From a virus (Duplodnaviria; Caudoviricetes): 64,000 nucleotides of DNA. This document shows, piece by piece, positions 42,650 through 52,328 of the stretch. Location: positions 396 to 64,395 of IMG/VR virus record IMGVR_UViG_3300037471_000583; one strand, 5' to 3'. Below the pieces are notes generated by a model, which saw nothing but the letters and a program-made list of their open reading frames with translations, had not been told where the DNA came from and did no database searches. The translations under genes were made by a program, and so were the position numbers. Position 1 is the stretch's first letter; the number at the start of each line of letters is the position of its first letter.

Positions 42650-43855
42650 ATGCAATTCGTTGATGCTGTGACTGTCGCGGGAACGCGCCGGCGAGAAGAC
42701 GGCTATCTTGTCGCCGACGCCCGTATCGCCCGAACTGGTGTGCAGGAATACCTGGGATCAGAGGTCGGAAAGCCGGATATGGCGACCGTTCGCGTCTACC
42801 GGCCGGGGTCTGAGGTCTTCGCTGAAGACACGCTGAAATCAGCCGCTCACCAGCCGGTGACCAATGACCACCCGCCCGAGATGGTCAACTCCGAAAACTG
42901 GAGGAAATTTGCTGTCGGCCAGACCGGCGATGAGGTGGCGGGCGAGGGCATCTTCATCCGCGTCCCGCTCATGGTGAGCGATGAGGCGGCCATCAAGGAC
43001 ATTGAGGCCGGCAAGCGGGAATTGAGCGCGGGCTACACTTGCGAGCTCGACTTCACGCCAGGCACCACCGCCACCGGTGACGCCTACGACGCCATTCAGA
43101 AGAATATCCGCCTGAACCACGTGGCCATTGTGTCGCGCGGCCGGGCCGGATCACAGGTCCGCATCGGAGACGGTGCGGTTTCATGGGGCGCGAGCCCTGT
43201 CACCTCCCAGACAGCAGATGAAAGGACAAGCCCCATGGCTGATGCTCTGCGCAAAATGCTGGTTGATGGGCTCCAGGTCGAAACGACCGACGCGGGCGCC
43301 GCAGCCATTGAGAAGCTTCTTGGTGACAAGAAGACCCTCGAAACCAAGCTTTCGGATGCCGAGAAAGCAAACGCGCTCTTGTTCGCCGATACTGAAAAGG
43401 CCCATGCCACGGCGCTCGCCGACAAGGATAAGGTCATCGCCGCCAAGGATGCCGACCTCGCCAAGAAGGACGCCGAGATCGACGCCCTGAAGGGCAAGAT
43501 CGTGGATGGTGCCGCGCTGGACAAACTCGTTGCCGCCCGCGCTGATCTCGTGGCCACCGCGAAGACCATCGCGAAGGACGTGAAGACCGACGGTCTCTCC
43601 GATGCAGACATCCGCAAGGCTGTGGTCATCGCCAAGCGCGGCGATGCCGTGAAGGACAAGGCTCCTGCATACTTCGACGCTGCGTTCGACATCCTGGTCG
43701 AGGATGCGAAGGCAGCGGCCGGCGCGGACCCGTTCGCCAAGGCGGTCGCCGATGGTCTCGTGCCGACCGGCGATGGCAACAAGGTCGTTGTCGACGCCTA
43801 TTCCAAGATGATTGCCGACATGAAGGCCGGCAAGACCACCGAAACCGTCAACTAA
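42650..43855 (+). CDS. DUF2213 prohead protease/scaffold
   Basis: ARTGVQEY, PVTNDHP, ELSAGY, NHVAIV..GRAG, Ala/Asp/Lys-rich tail. Confidence 0.9.
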   Translation: MQFVDAVTVAGTRRREDGYLVADARIARTGVQEYLGSEVGKPDMATVRVYRPGSEVFAEDTLKSAAHQPVTNDHPPEMVNSENWRKFAVGQTGDEVAGEGIFIRVPLMVSDEAAIKDIEAGKRELSAGYTCELDFTPGTTATGDAYDAIQKNIRLNHVAIVSRGRAGSQVRIGDGAVSWGASPVTSQTADERTSPMADALRKMLVDGLQVETTDAGAAAIEKLLGDKKTLETKLSDAEKANALLFADTEKAHATALADKDKVIAAKDADLAKKDAEIDALKGKIVDGAALDKLVAARADLVATAKTIAKDVKTDGLSDADIRKAVVIAKRGDAVKDKAPAYFDAAFDILVEDAKAAAGADPFAKAVADGLVPTGDGNKVVVDAYSKMIADMKAGKTTETVN

Positions 43856-43868
43856 GGAGCGCTCGAAA

Positions 43869-44624
43869 ATGGCGACTTATCAGACTGCTTACACCAACGC
43901 TCCTGCGAAAGGCCTGCCTGGTCAGGTCGCCAACGAGGAGCGCAGCAACCGCATCAGCCGGACCGTCGAATCGTCCGCTGGTATCGAGTTCGGCCAGCCC
44001 GCTTTCCGCGGCACCGGCGATCATGGTGTCATTCTTGGCGGCACGTTTGCCGCAACCGGTGCCGGGTCGGCTGCCGCATCTGGCAACGTCGGCACCGGCG
44101 CCATCACGGCGTCCCCGGCCGTCGCCGCTGGCGCCAAGCAGGGCCGTTACCGTATCGTGCTGACCGCTACCAGCGCTACTGCGCCCTGGCTCATGTACGA
44201 TCCGGACGGCATCCTCGTCGGTCACGGCGCGGTCGCAACTGCTGCCACGATCGACGGTATCGGACCGTTCACCATTGCCAACGCTGGCACCATGACGGCG
44301 GGTGACACCTACTATATCGACGTCACCTACACGGCGAACGCATCGTTCATCGGCCTGGCCATCCTCAACCCGGCTGTGCCACCGGTCGCCACCGGGTCTT
44401 CGCTGATCGATGGCTACCCGCAGTACTTCACCGGCGCCTTCATGACCGAAGGCCAGATGTACGTCACGGCGGGCGCGAGCGTGGCCGATGGCGACAAGGT
44501 CTATTGGAACCCGGCGACCAAGCGGTACACCAACACGGTGACGCATATCCGCATCCCGAACGCCATCTTCGATACCACGGGCGTTGACGGCGGCATCGTC
44601 GAAATCTCCATCCGCAACCGCTGA
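43869..44624 (+). CDS. Capsid decoration/cement protein
   Basis: Lies between scaffold and capsid genes; IEFGQPAF, GQMYVTAG. Confidence 0.7.
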   Translation: MATYQTAYTNAPAKGLPGQVANEERSNRISRTVESSAGIEFGQPAFRGTGDHGVILGGTFAATGAGSAAASGNVGTGAITASPAVAAGAKQGRYRIVLTATSATAPWLMYDPDGILVGHGAVATAATIDGIGPFTIANAGTMTAGDTYYIDVTYTANASFIGLAILNPAVPPVATGSSLIDGYPQYFTGAFMTEGQMYVTAGASVADGDKVYWNPATKRYTNTVTHIRIPNAIFDTTGVDGGIVEISIRNR

Positions 44625-44644
44625 TCCCGAAAGGACGCACAGTC

Positions 44645-45619
44645 ATGAATCAGATCATCACCCGTCCCTTCACGGACGCCCAGGCCGCGTTCCCCTTCGT
44701 GGTGGCGCAGGGTCTCAACATCGAGACCAAAATCTACCAGAAGCGCTATCCGACCTTCAACTACGGCGCCCACGTCCCCGTTGTTACCGCTGGCAATGAA
44801 TGGGCGATCGGCACCATGTTCTTCACGGTCGACGTGGCGGGCGAGGCCAAGTTTATCTCGGGCGCCGCGAACGATATCCCGTTCACCGCGGCGACCCGCG
44901 ATCAGGCCTCGCAGAACTTCGCCATGATCGGCGCCGGCTGGGAATGGAATATGGAGGAGATCAACCAGGCCGCGCTCTATGGCATCCCGATCAGCGATAC
45001 CAAGGCGATGGGGTCGGCCCAGGCGATCGAGCGCTTGCTCAACACGATCGCGATGACCGGGTCGACCGAAAAGAACTGGACCGGCTTCGCGAACAGCGCC
45101 GCCGTGTCTCGCGTCACAGTCGCCGCGGATGGTTCGGCCTCTTCCACCTATTGGAAGGACAAGACCAACGACCAGATCCTCCGCGACATCAACGATCTCA
45201 TCGGGTCGATCCGGACCAATACCAAGGAAGTCGAATGGGCGAACAGCCTGCGTCTTCCGCCGGATGCCTTCCGACTGATCAACAGCCGCCGCCTTGGCGC
45301 CGGCGATGGCGTGCTCAACTTGCTCGACTACCTCCGCAAGAACAACATCTACACTGCGGAGACCGGCCAGCAGCTCGACATCATGCCGCTCCGTGAACTC
45401 GCTACGGCGTCCCAGGCCGGCGGCGGCCGCATGGTCGCCTATCGCAAGGACGAGGAGGTGCTCCGCTTCCACCTCCCGATGCCGCGCCGGGTCCTGCAGC
45501 CTCGCCAGAAGTCCATCATGGCTTACGAGCAGGGTGCCATCGCCCGTACCGGCGGTACTGAAATCCGCCTGCCGGGCGCCATGGCATACGGCGACGAGAT
45601 CACCCCGGTCCCGAGCTGA
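44645..45619 (+). CDS. Major capsid protein (DUF2184 family)
   Basis: GWEWNMEEI, LRFHLPMP, RTGGTEIRLPGAMAYGD. Confidence 0.9.
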   Translation: MNQIITRPFTDAQAAFPFVVAQGLNIETKIYQKRYPTFNYGAHVPVVTAGNEWAIGTMFFTVDVAGEAKFISGAANDIPFTAATRDQASQNFAMIGAGWEWNMEEINQAALYGIPISDTKAMGSAQAIERLLNTIAMTGSTEKNWTGFANSAAVSRVTVAADGSASSTYWKDKTNDQILRDINDLIGSIRTNTKEVEWANSLRLPPDAFRLINSRRLGAGDGVLNLLDYLRKNNIYTAETGQQLDIMPLRELATASQAGGGRMVAYRKDEEVLRFHLPMPRRVLQPRQKSIMAYEQGAIARTGGTEIRLPGAMAYGDEITPVPS

Positions 45620-45631
45620 TAGGAGCCTGAC

Positions 45632-46207
45632 ATGAAAGTCACGAACAACAGCAAGGCGCCGCAGGGCGTTCATACCGTCGGCGGCCTTCAGTGGGTGCCT
45701 CCCGGCGAATCCAGAGAGTTGGCGGTTTCGGCCGCCGACGCTGCCCAGATCGCGAAGCTTGGCTTTCTGGAGATCGACGGCGATCCGGTCGACGACAAAT
45801 CGCTGTTCGCCTTCGCCGCTCCATTGCTGCCGTCGATCGATATCCCCGACAACGAGGTCGATCAACTCCGGCAACAGGTCGACGCGCTCAACACGAGTGT
45901 CACCGACATGGCCGAGGCTCTGCTTGCCAAGGGCCAAGAGATCGAGCGGCTGAACGATCTCCTCACCGAACGGGAGGCCGAGATCGCCGACCTGAAGGCG
46001 AAGGCAGCAGATGACGCCGACCAATCCGGCGCGGTCCCTGCTGGCCCGTACGAGGTCAAGGAGACCTCCGCAGGCTGGTTCGGCATCTTCGGCGCCAACG
46101 GCGAGCAGATCGGCAAGAACATGCGGTCCGGTGACGCCGAGACCTTTAAGTCGATGAGCCCAGAAGATCAGGCCGCGTATCTGTCGCCCACCGGTGACAA
46201 GTCGTAA
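45632..46207 (+). CDS. Head-associated protein with a coiled coil
   Basis: MKVTNNS..PGESREL; follows the capsid gene. Confidence 0.65.
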   Translation: MKVTNNSKAPQGVHTVGGLQWVPPGESRELAVSAADAAQIAKLGFLEIDGDPVDDKSLFAFAAPLLPSIDIPDNEVDQLRQQVDALNTSVTDMAEALLAKGQEIERLNDLLTEREAEIADLKAKAADDADQSGAVPAGPYEVKETSAGWFGIFGANGEQIGKNMRSGDAETFKSMSPEDQAAYLSPTGDKS

Positions 46208-46219
46208 GGAGAACGCATC

Positions 46220-46543
46220 ATGGCACTTTCCGGGCTCCACGTGGTCTGCGGCTCCACCGGCCAGCAGCGAGACCAAGGCGCTACCCAGCCGATCCTTTCC
46301 GTTCCGGAATGGTCTGAAACCTTGGCGTCCGCGGGAACGACCGGTCAGGCGGCGTCGAAAGACGGCAACGTCTTCTACCTGATCGCCTCCGCTGACGCTT
46401 ATGTCGCGTTCGGAGGCGTTCCGGACGCGACCAAGACCGTCTCGACCGATCGCAGCAGCGCCCGCGTTCTGATCCGCGCCACCGACCCGCCGTTCGCCTG
46501 CTATGTCAAGAAGGGCGATAAGGTCGCGTACAACCCCGCCTGA
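46220..46543 (+). CDS. Hypothetical virion-region protein
   Basis: GGAG RBS; late operon. Confidence 0.65.
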   Translation: MALSGLHVVCGSTGQQRDQGATQPILSVPEWSETLASAGTTGQAASKDGNVFYLIASADAYVAFGGVPDATKTVSTDRSSARVLIRATDPPFACYVKKGDKVAYNPA

Positions 46544-46553
46544 GGACTGACAC

Positions 46554-47048
46554 ATGGCCGGCTATGGCGACAATGCGGGGTTTACAGCCTACGCAACTGA
46601 GAACGGCTATGTCATTCCCGATGGCACGGCGGACGCCGCTATCACGGCCGCACGGCAGCGCGGATCGATGGTGATCGATCGGTATGAGCCGAAGTTTCCC
46701 GGCTCGCGCACCGGAGGGTATGCTCAGGAACGGGCATGGCCGCGCACCGGAGCCGCGACCTATAGCGGCGAAGCCATTCCGGCGGATCTCATACCGTCGC
46801 CAATCGTGAACGCGTCGTATGAAGCCGCGTTCTTGGAGTTGACCAACCCTGGCAGTCTCTCGCCGGTGGTGACCGGGTCGGCATCCGTCAAGCGCGAGAA
46901 GATCGGCCCGATTGAGACCGAGTACGCATCGTCTACATCATCAACCCCGGCCGACCTCGTGGCGCTCGCGACGCCGGTCGTGACCGCGATCGAGGGTCTG
47001 CTGTGGCCGTTCCTCGTGCAACTGCTTCCCGGGGTCTTGGTGGTCTGA
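46554..47048 (+). CDS. Head-tail adaptor (DnaT-like family)
   Basis: QERAWPRTG, IP..IVNASYEAA, REKIGPIETEY. Confidence 0.8.
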   Translation: MAGYGDNAGFTAYATENGYVIPDGTADAAITAARQRGSMVIDRYEPKFPGSRTGGYAQERAWPRTGAATYSGEAIPADLIPSPIVNASYEAAFLELTNPGSLSPVVTGSASVKREKIGPIETEYASSTSSTPADLVALATPVVTAIEGLLWPFLVQLLPGVLVV

Positions 47049-47402
47049 ATGGCCAGATTCGATTACGCCCGTGCGCGAGCCACGGCAGAACGGCTGATCG
47101 CCAAGTTCGGGATGGCCGGATCGATCCAGCGACAGACGAATACCGGCCCGGCCTATGATCCGACCGTGATCACTACAGACTATCCCTGCACGCTGGTTGT
47201 ACTCGAATACGAAGATCGGCAAATCGACGGCACGTTGATCCGCAGCACAGACAAGCTGATCTACCTGTCGACCGAGGGCTTGGCGATCACTCCAACCGAG
47301 GCGGACCGGGTGATCGCCAGCGATACCTATTCCATTGTTTCCCTGAAACCTCTCTCCCCGGCCGGAACCGTGCTGATGTGGGAAATCCAAGCGAGGGCAT
47401 GA
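47049..47402 (+). CDS. Head closure protein
   Basis: ARATAERLIAKFG, IDGTLI..D, P.GT..WEIQAR. Confidence 0.75.
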   Translation: MARFDYARARATAERLIAKFGMAGSIQRQTNTGPAYDPTVITTDYPCTLVVLEYEDRQIDGTLIRSTDKLIYLSTEGLAITPTEADRVIASDTYSIVSLKPLSPAGTVLMWEIQARA

Positions 47403-47403
47403 T

Positions 47404-47931
47404 ATGACGATCTCCAGCGCACAACTTTCCATCGGCTTCAAGGCCTCGCAGTCGGGCGGCAATAACGCATTCGGCTCGACCTACTGGAATGGCGAAATGT
47501 CGGTTATTCAGGGCTTTGTTGACGGCACCGTGGCGAACAAGTTTGATCGCCTGTATATGAGCGAGAGAACGGTCAATGCGAGCACGAATGATGACCTGGA
47601 CCTCTCCGGCGTCCTGACCGACATCTTCGGCGCCACGATCGCGGCGGCCGAGCTCGTCGGCATCCTCCTTATCAATGCACCCAAGGCCGGCAGCCCGGCG
47701 AACGTCTCGAACTTGACGCTCGGCGGCGGTTCCAATCCGGTTGTCGGGTTCTTGGGCGGGGCCACCCCCACGGTCGGACCGATCAAGCCGGGCGGCTGCT
47801 TCGTGCTGATGAACCCGGATGCAACCGGTCTGGCGACCATCACGGCCGGTACCGGTGATATCCTGCGCATCGCCAATGGCTCCGGTGGCGCGGCGACGTA
47901 CCAGATTGCTCTCTTGATGAGGAGCAGTTGA
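47404..47931 (+). CDS. Hypothetical structural protein
   Basis: Gly/Thr-rich beta-type sequence in the neck region. Confidence 0.65.
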   Translation: MTISSAQLSIGFKASQSGGNNAFGSTYWNGEMSVIQGFVDGTVANKFDRLYMSERTVNASTNDDLDLSGVLTDIFGATIAAAELVGILLINAPKAGSPANVSNLTLGGGSNPVVGFLGGATPTVGPIKPGGCFVLMNPDATGLATITAGTGDILRIANGSGGAATYQIALLMRSS

Positions 47932-47932
47932 T

Positions 47933-48151
47933 ATGGATCGGCGCGCTTTTCTCACAGGCCTGTTCTCCAGCCCGCTTGCACTCAGCGCTGTCCCGGTTGC
48001 GGCCGAAGACTGCGTTGAGGTCGATGTGGTGGTCAACGTGGACCGCACGGGCGAAATCAAAGCCGCCGTAGTCGAAGAGCTTCGGCGATACGATCAAATG
48101 CTGCCGTCCCGGGTGCACGCCATCAACGCGGGCAGGTATGCGAGAGGCTGA
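47933..48151 (+). CDS. Small protein with a twin-arginine-like N-terminus
   Basis: MDRRAFLTGLFSSPLALSAVPVAA. Confidence 0.6.
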   Translation: MDRRAFLTGLFSSPLALSAVPVAAEDCVEVDVVVNVDRTGEIKAAVVEELRRYDQMLPSRVHAINAGRYARG

Positions 48152-49164
48152 TGCGCCGCAACGTCGATCCGATTGAAGACCTGGTTGCCAAGTGGGAGCC
48201 GCGCCTTCGGGAAGCCTTCCTCAAGGCGATACACGAGATCACGACCCGCGCCAATGTCGCGGCGATCGCGCGGATGCTGCAGAACGGCGATATCGAAGGT
48301 GCCGTAAGGTCTGTAGGTCTTGACCCTATCGACTTCCGCGGCCTTTCGAACGGGATTACCGACGCCTTTGATGATGGCGGCCAAGCGATCGAGGACCAGA
48401 TACCTGTCCGGCGTGACGCAGTTACAAGCTCGGTCATCCAATTTCATTTCGATGTTCGAAACCTGACCGCGGAAGCATGGACTCGAACCCATTCGGCAGA
48501 CCTTGTTACCGGCATCATCGAGGATCAGAAGCTCGCTATCCGACAATTCCTGACCACAGGCTTGATCGAGGGACGCAATCCGACCGCTACCGCTCTGGAC
48601 CTTGTTGGGCGCAAGAACGCTGTCACAGGGCTGCGGGAGGGCGGTGTAATCGGCCTCACGGCCGGGCAGGAGGCTTGGCAGACGAGATACGCAGCAGAAT
48701 TAGCGTCCGCCGATCCGGATGGCCTCCGGAACGCCCTGACGCGCGGCCTACGCGACAAGCGCTATGATACAGCCATTCGCCGGTCGATCGAGAGCGGAAA
48801 GCCGATCCCTGCCGAAACGCGGGCGAAGATGCTGGCGGCCTATCGAAGCCGTTCGCTGAAGTATCGGGCCGACGTCATCAGCCGCAACGAGACCATGCGA
48901 GCGCTCGGCGCCAGCCAGACAGAGACCTATCGGCAGGCCATTGTTGCGGGCCATGTCCAGACAGATGCGATCACGCGGTTCTGGATGACCGCCGGCGACG
49001 AGCGGGTGAGACATACCCATAGACTCATCCCCGGCATGAACAAGGAAGGCCGTGGCTGGGAAGAGCCATTCGACACGCCGACTGGACCAAGCATGCATGC
49101 GCCGCATGATCGTGACATCGGCTGCAGGTGCCGAGAGCGCATCAGGGTCAATTATTTCAGATGA
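48151..49164 (+). CDS. MuF-like minor head (morphogenesis) protein
   Basis: RADVISRNET, RFWMTAGDERVRHTH, HAPH...GCRC. Confidence 0.8.
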   Translation: MRRNVDPIEDLVAKWEPRLREAFLKAIHEITTRANVAAIARMLQNGDIEGAVRSVGLDPIDFRGLSNGITDAFDDGGQAIEDQIPVRRDAVTSSVIQFHFDVRNLTAEAWTRTHSADLVTGIIEDQKLAIRQFLTTGLIEGRNPTATALDLVGRKNAVTGLREGGVIGLTAGQEAWQTRYAAELASADPDGLRNALTRGLRDKRYDTAIRRSIESGKPIPAETRAKMLAAYRSRSLKYRADVISRNETMRALGASQTETYRQAIVAGHVQTDAITRFWMTAGDERVRHTHRLIPGMNKEGRGWEEPFDTPTGPSMHAPHDRDIGCRCRERIRVNYFR

Positions 49165-49176
49165 AAGGACAGGATA

Positions 49177-49473
49177 ATGATTAACCGCCGCACAATGCCG
49201 AGCACTCTAGCCGCGCCGACCAACCTGAAAGGTGCTTTTGATCAGGACCGGGATGAAGTTGACCTGCAGTGGGGTCGCGTGTCCGGGGCCAAACTCTATG
49301 AGACGGAGTCGTCGGTCGGAACCGCGACGAAGCACTATCGGCTTTCCGAACCGCGCCTGACCTTGGAACATGTCGGCATGGACATGACTTGGCGTGTCAG
49401 GGCTATATCATTTGCCGGTGAGGCCGGCCCGTGGTCGGATTATGACACCATCGCGATATCTGAGGCCGCATGA
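49177..49473 (+). CDS. Fibronectin type III-like protein
   Basis: APTNL, VDLQWG.V.GA..Y, WRVRAI..GPWS. Confidence 0.7.
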   Translation: MINRRTMPSTLAAPTNLKGAFDQDRDEVDLQWGRVSGAKLYETESSVGTATKHYRLSEPRLTLEHVGMDMTWRVRAISFAGEAGPWSDYDTIAISEAA

Positions 49474-49838
49474 TGATCAACCGCCGTGGAATGCTCAAGC
49501 TCCTCGGGTTGGCGCCAGTGGCTGCGCCTATGATGGCGGAGGCCGCGCCGATCATCGATCTTCGGCAGCAAGTGGAGCGGCAACGAGCGCCATTGAAGAG
49601 CAGCCTCACCATCACCAATGGGGTCAACGAGTTGGTGGTAACGTCCGACAGGGTCGGGTGGTTCGAGGTCATGTTGCGTGGGCACAAGGAAATGCTGTTG
49701 ATCCTCGGCGATTTCCGTATCCGCCGGGAATTCTCGAAGACGGACACCTTCCGCCTGCGCTGCTTCGACAAGGACCACACCGGTCGGGAGATCATGATCC
49801 CGTTCACCTATGAGTTTCGGAGCGCTGACCATTCATGA
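49470..49838 (+). CDS. Protein with a twin-arginine-like signal
   Basis: NRRGMLKLLGLAPVAAP. Confidence 0.6.
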   Translation: MMINRRGMLKLLGLAPVAAPMMAEAAPIIDLRQQVERQRAPLKSSLTITNGVNELVVTSDRVGWFEVMLRGHKEMLLILGDFRIRREFSKTDTFRLRCFDKDHTGREIMIPFTYEFRSADHS

Positions 49839-49845
49839 ACGGGTC

Positions 49846-50004
49846 ATGCTAACCACCTTGGGAATCATCCTTAACGTCTTCCTGCCGGTAATCTCAGTGT
49901 CTACTGTGGTGATCGGTGGCGGAACCCTTATCAAGGTCATCAGGATGCAAGCTGACCAGCACAGCCATTTCCCATGCGCTCTGGACAGGAGACAATATAA
50001 ATGA
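49846..50004 (+). CDS. Small membrane protein
   Basis: Hydrophobic MLTTLGIILNVFLPVISVSTVVIGGG. Confidence 0.45.
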   Translation: MLTTLGIILNVFLPVISVSTVVIGGGTLIKVIRMQADQHSHFPCALDRRQYK

Positions 50005-50156
50005 GCGATTGGTTGGTTTTGCTGCTCTGTGTCGAGTTCTTCTACGCCGTAGATTTGACAACTCGCTTTATCACCCGACGACCAGAGGAAGAGAAGCTGG
50101 CCAATCACATCGATGTCGCGGCGCCCTATCACCCGGAGTTAACCGCCCATGCCTGA
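50001..50156 (+). CDS. Small membrane protein
   Basis: AGGAG RBS; MSDWLVLLLCVEFFYAVDL; ATGA-coupled. Confidence 0.5.
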   Translation: MSDWLVLLLCVEFFYAVDLTTRFITRRPEEEKLANHIDVAAPYHPELTAHA

Positions 50157-50472
50157 TTACAAGACCATCAAGAACCCAAAGACGCTCAAGGGCACCTCGA
50201 TCGATGCCAAGGACGAAAACTTGTCCGGAGGCGTCGACAGTGCCAGTGGTCTCGACACGCCCGAGGGCAAGCCCGACGCTCAGCTTGATATCCGGTACCG
50301 CGGCGGCAACACCTACGTCAGCCTGGTCGTCGACAACGGCAAGGGCGATCGGTTGCCGCAGGAATATTGGCGCTTTGCCGGCCTGATCTCACCCGAGGAT
50401 TGCCGGGCGAACTGGAAAGCGGCGCAGGAGAAGAGTACGGTGGCGGCTAGACCTGAAGTGAAGGAAGTCTGA
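50149..50472 (+). CDS. Hypothetical protein
   Basis: GGAG RBS; coupled. Confidence 0.6.
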   Translation: MPDYKTIKNPKTLKGTSIDAKDENLSGGVDSASGLDTPEGKPDAQLDIRYRGGNTYVSLVVDNGKGDRLPQEYWRFAGLISPEDCRANWKAAQEKSTVAARPEVKEV

Positions 50473-50861
50473 TGGAAGAACCGTGGCAAAAGTTTGAGCG
50501 CGAGCGGCGCGAAAAGTTGCTTGCCGCGTTGGCGCGCCCGCTGCCGAAGAGCAAAGAAGACGTTGGATGCGAGGAGTTTTTTGATCCTTGGCAATACATC
50601 ATACAAGGTATTGATGGCTCGTATTCCAGCCAGTCCGACGATCTCATGATTGAGGTGATGGAGGCTGTCCGCGACCGAAAGACATTTAACCTGATCGAGA
50701 CGCAAGGTTTTGCCGCCGAGTTCATGCTTTACGTCCTTTCCGGCCATGGGCTGACCGAATATGGGACGTCCCCTCGTGGAGCATGGCCAGATCAGCGCGA
50801 TCTATGGCAATCGCTCATAGATAAGTGGAAGGCTTACCGAGATATCGTGTGGAACGACTGA
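50472..50861 (+). CDS. Hypothetical protein
   Basis: TGATG coupling; GLTEYGTSPRGAW. Confidence 0.65.
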   Translation: MEEPWQKFERERREKLLAALARPLPKSKEDVGCEEFFDPWQYIIQGIDGSYSSQSDDLMIEVMEAVRDRKTFNLIETQGFAAEFMLYVLSGHGLTEYGTSPRGAWPDQRDLWQSLIDKWKAYRDIVWND

Positions 50862-51181
50862 TGACCAACCCCATGATTGAGCGTGTCGTTGCGGCGATTG
50901 CGTTTGAACTTCGCCGTCAATCTGATGAACCAGATATCCAGAGCCCAATGGTCGGTCCAGGGTTGGGCGACGATTTGGCGCTTGAAGGTTATTTCAACCT
51001 GAAAGCAATTACCCGCGCCGCAATCGAAGCCATGCGCGAGCCGACAGAGGCGATGAGGATCGCCGGCTACGAGAACGCCGAGCACACGCTGAAATCCATG
51101 GGCCGAGACCACCCGTCGGGCGAAGAAAGTTGCGGCAACATATTCTCGGCCATGATCGACGCCGCGCTGAAGGAAGACTGA
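50861..51181 (+). CDS. Hypothetical protein (early-gene-like)
   Basis: MIERVVAAI, ARA-like RAAIEAMREPTEAM, AMIDAAL. Confidence 0.65.
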   Translation: MTNPMIERVVAAIAFELRRQSDEPDIQSPMVGPGLGDDLALEGYFNLKAITRAAIEAMREPTEAMRIAGYENAEHTLKSMGRDHPSGEESCGNIFSAMIDAALKED

Positions 51182-51396
51182 TGTCCAAGCCGTTACCAAC
51201 ATTCACGTTGGACATTCAGTGCCAAATGCGAAACCCTGCGCGACCGATTGGCGTCGGCATATTCGACGGGAAAGATTTTGTCGGCGTTGCGACCCTGGAA
51301 GAACTTCGCCGCTGCGTGGCGCGCTTGGATGAACTCCAGGCAGCAGATAGGCCATCAGGAAGCTTCACACCGGAAGCGACGGCCAAGGAAACCTGA
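51181..51396 (+). CDS. Hypothetical protein
   Basis: TGATG coupling. Confidence 0.55.
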   Translation: MSKPLPTFTLDIQCQMRNPARPIGVGIFDGKDFVGVATLEELRRCVARLDELQAADRPSGSFTPEATAKET

Positions 51397-51830
51397 TGGC
51401 AGTCTCCAGCCTTGGATTTGCCGATGCGGTCAAGAACTGGACCGAGAAGACCGAGGCGAAACTGGAGGGCGTCTTCAAGCTCTCGTTCGAGATGACGGTT
51501 GAGGCGGTACAGGACCTGACCCCGATCAAGACGGGGTTCCTTCGGAACAGCCTGACCGTCACCATCGGCGAGATTGCCCATATCGATCCAGCCGCCACAG
51601 GCAAGGGCGGCGCTCGGGTGCCAGTCACCCCGGCTGCCATTGCCAGTGCCCGCCTCGGCGACACGCTGTCAGCGGGCTTTGTAGCTGCCTATGCGCGGCG
51701 CATCGAATACGGCTTCGAGGGCACCGACAGCCTCGGGCGCTCGTACAATCAGAAAGCTAGGGCAATGGTCCGGCTCGGCGTGCAGCGGTTTCCGGAATTC
51801 GTTCAGGCGGCGATCAAGCGCGCGGGGTGA
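51396..51830 (+). CDS. HK97 gp10-like tail completion protein
   Basis: TPIKTGFLRNS, YARRIEYG, QKARAMVR. Confidence 0.85.
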   Translation: MAVSSLGFADAVKNWTEKTEAKLEGVFKLSFEMTVEAVQDLTPIKTGFLRNSLTVTIGEIAHIDPAATGKGGARVPVTPAAIASARLGDTLSAGFVAAYARRIEYGFEGTDSLGRSYNQKARAMVRLGVQRFPEFVQAAIKRAG

Positions 51831-52032
51831 GCGGCGGCGGTTTCACGGGATCATCGGTCCCCATCTCGGATGCCGTCAGCAGTCCCAAGGAAAGCAGCGA
51901 CAGCATTTTCTCACCGGCCCGCAACGCGGTCTCGGCACGGATGGTCTCGCCTTTCTTGCCGGCGAAGAGATCGGCTGCCTGCAAGAGCAAGTCGTGGGCT
52001 TGGTTGTCGCTAAGCGGTGATTTTTCAGACAT
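51814..52032 (-). CDS. Possible antisense small ORF
   Basis: Fills the plus-strand gap between gp10 and the next gene; no RBS. Confidence 0.3.
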   Translation of the reverse strand: MSEKSPLSDNQAHDLLLQAADLFAGKKGETIRAETALRAGEKMLSLLSLGLLTASEMGTDDPVKPPPLTPRA

Positions 52033-52052
52033 CGACAGAAGGAATATCGGCG

Positions 52053-52328
52053 ATGCGGTTTTCTGTAAACAAGGAAGACGCCGGATACCAGAACTATCAG
52101 GCGCTCAGAAGCGCGAAGGTCGTGATTGATGTCCTCGTAGACGGCGCGGAGGTGAAGGACGTTCGAACCGCTGACGACCTCGTGGGGATCGTTGTGCGCG
52201 GTGTGCGTGATGACAAGGGTAACTTCAAGACGATTGCCGGAAACTTCGTCGAGGAGACGATCCGCGGCAAGGTCGAAATCCGCATCTCGCAGCCGAAGCC
52301 GGTAGAGGCCGATGTCGACGGAGAGTGA
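52053..52328 (+). CDS. Hypothetical protein
   Basis: AGAAGGA RBS; MRFSVNKEDAGY. Confidence 0.65.
   Translation: MRFSVNKEDAGYQNYQALRSAKVVIDVLVDGAEVKDVRTADDLVGIVVRGVRDDKGNFKTIAGNFVEETIRGKVEIRISQPKPVEADVDGE

Noticed and set aside
44501-46555. 684-aa minus-strand ORF
   Set aside because: Antisense shadow of the capsid and downstream genes, caused by GC-rich codon bias; no motifs. The same applies to most other overlapping ORFs in the track, such as 531..1310, 22058..23113, 30959..31858 and 59906..60928.
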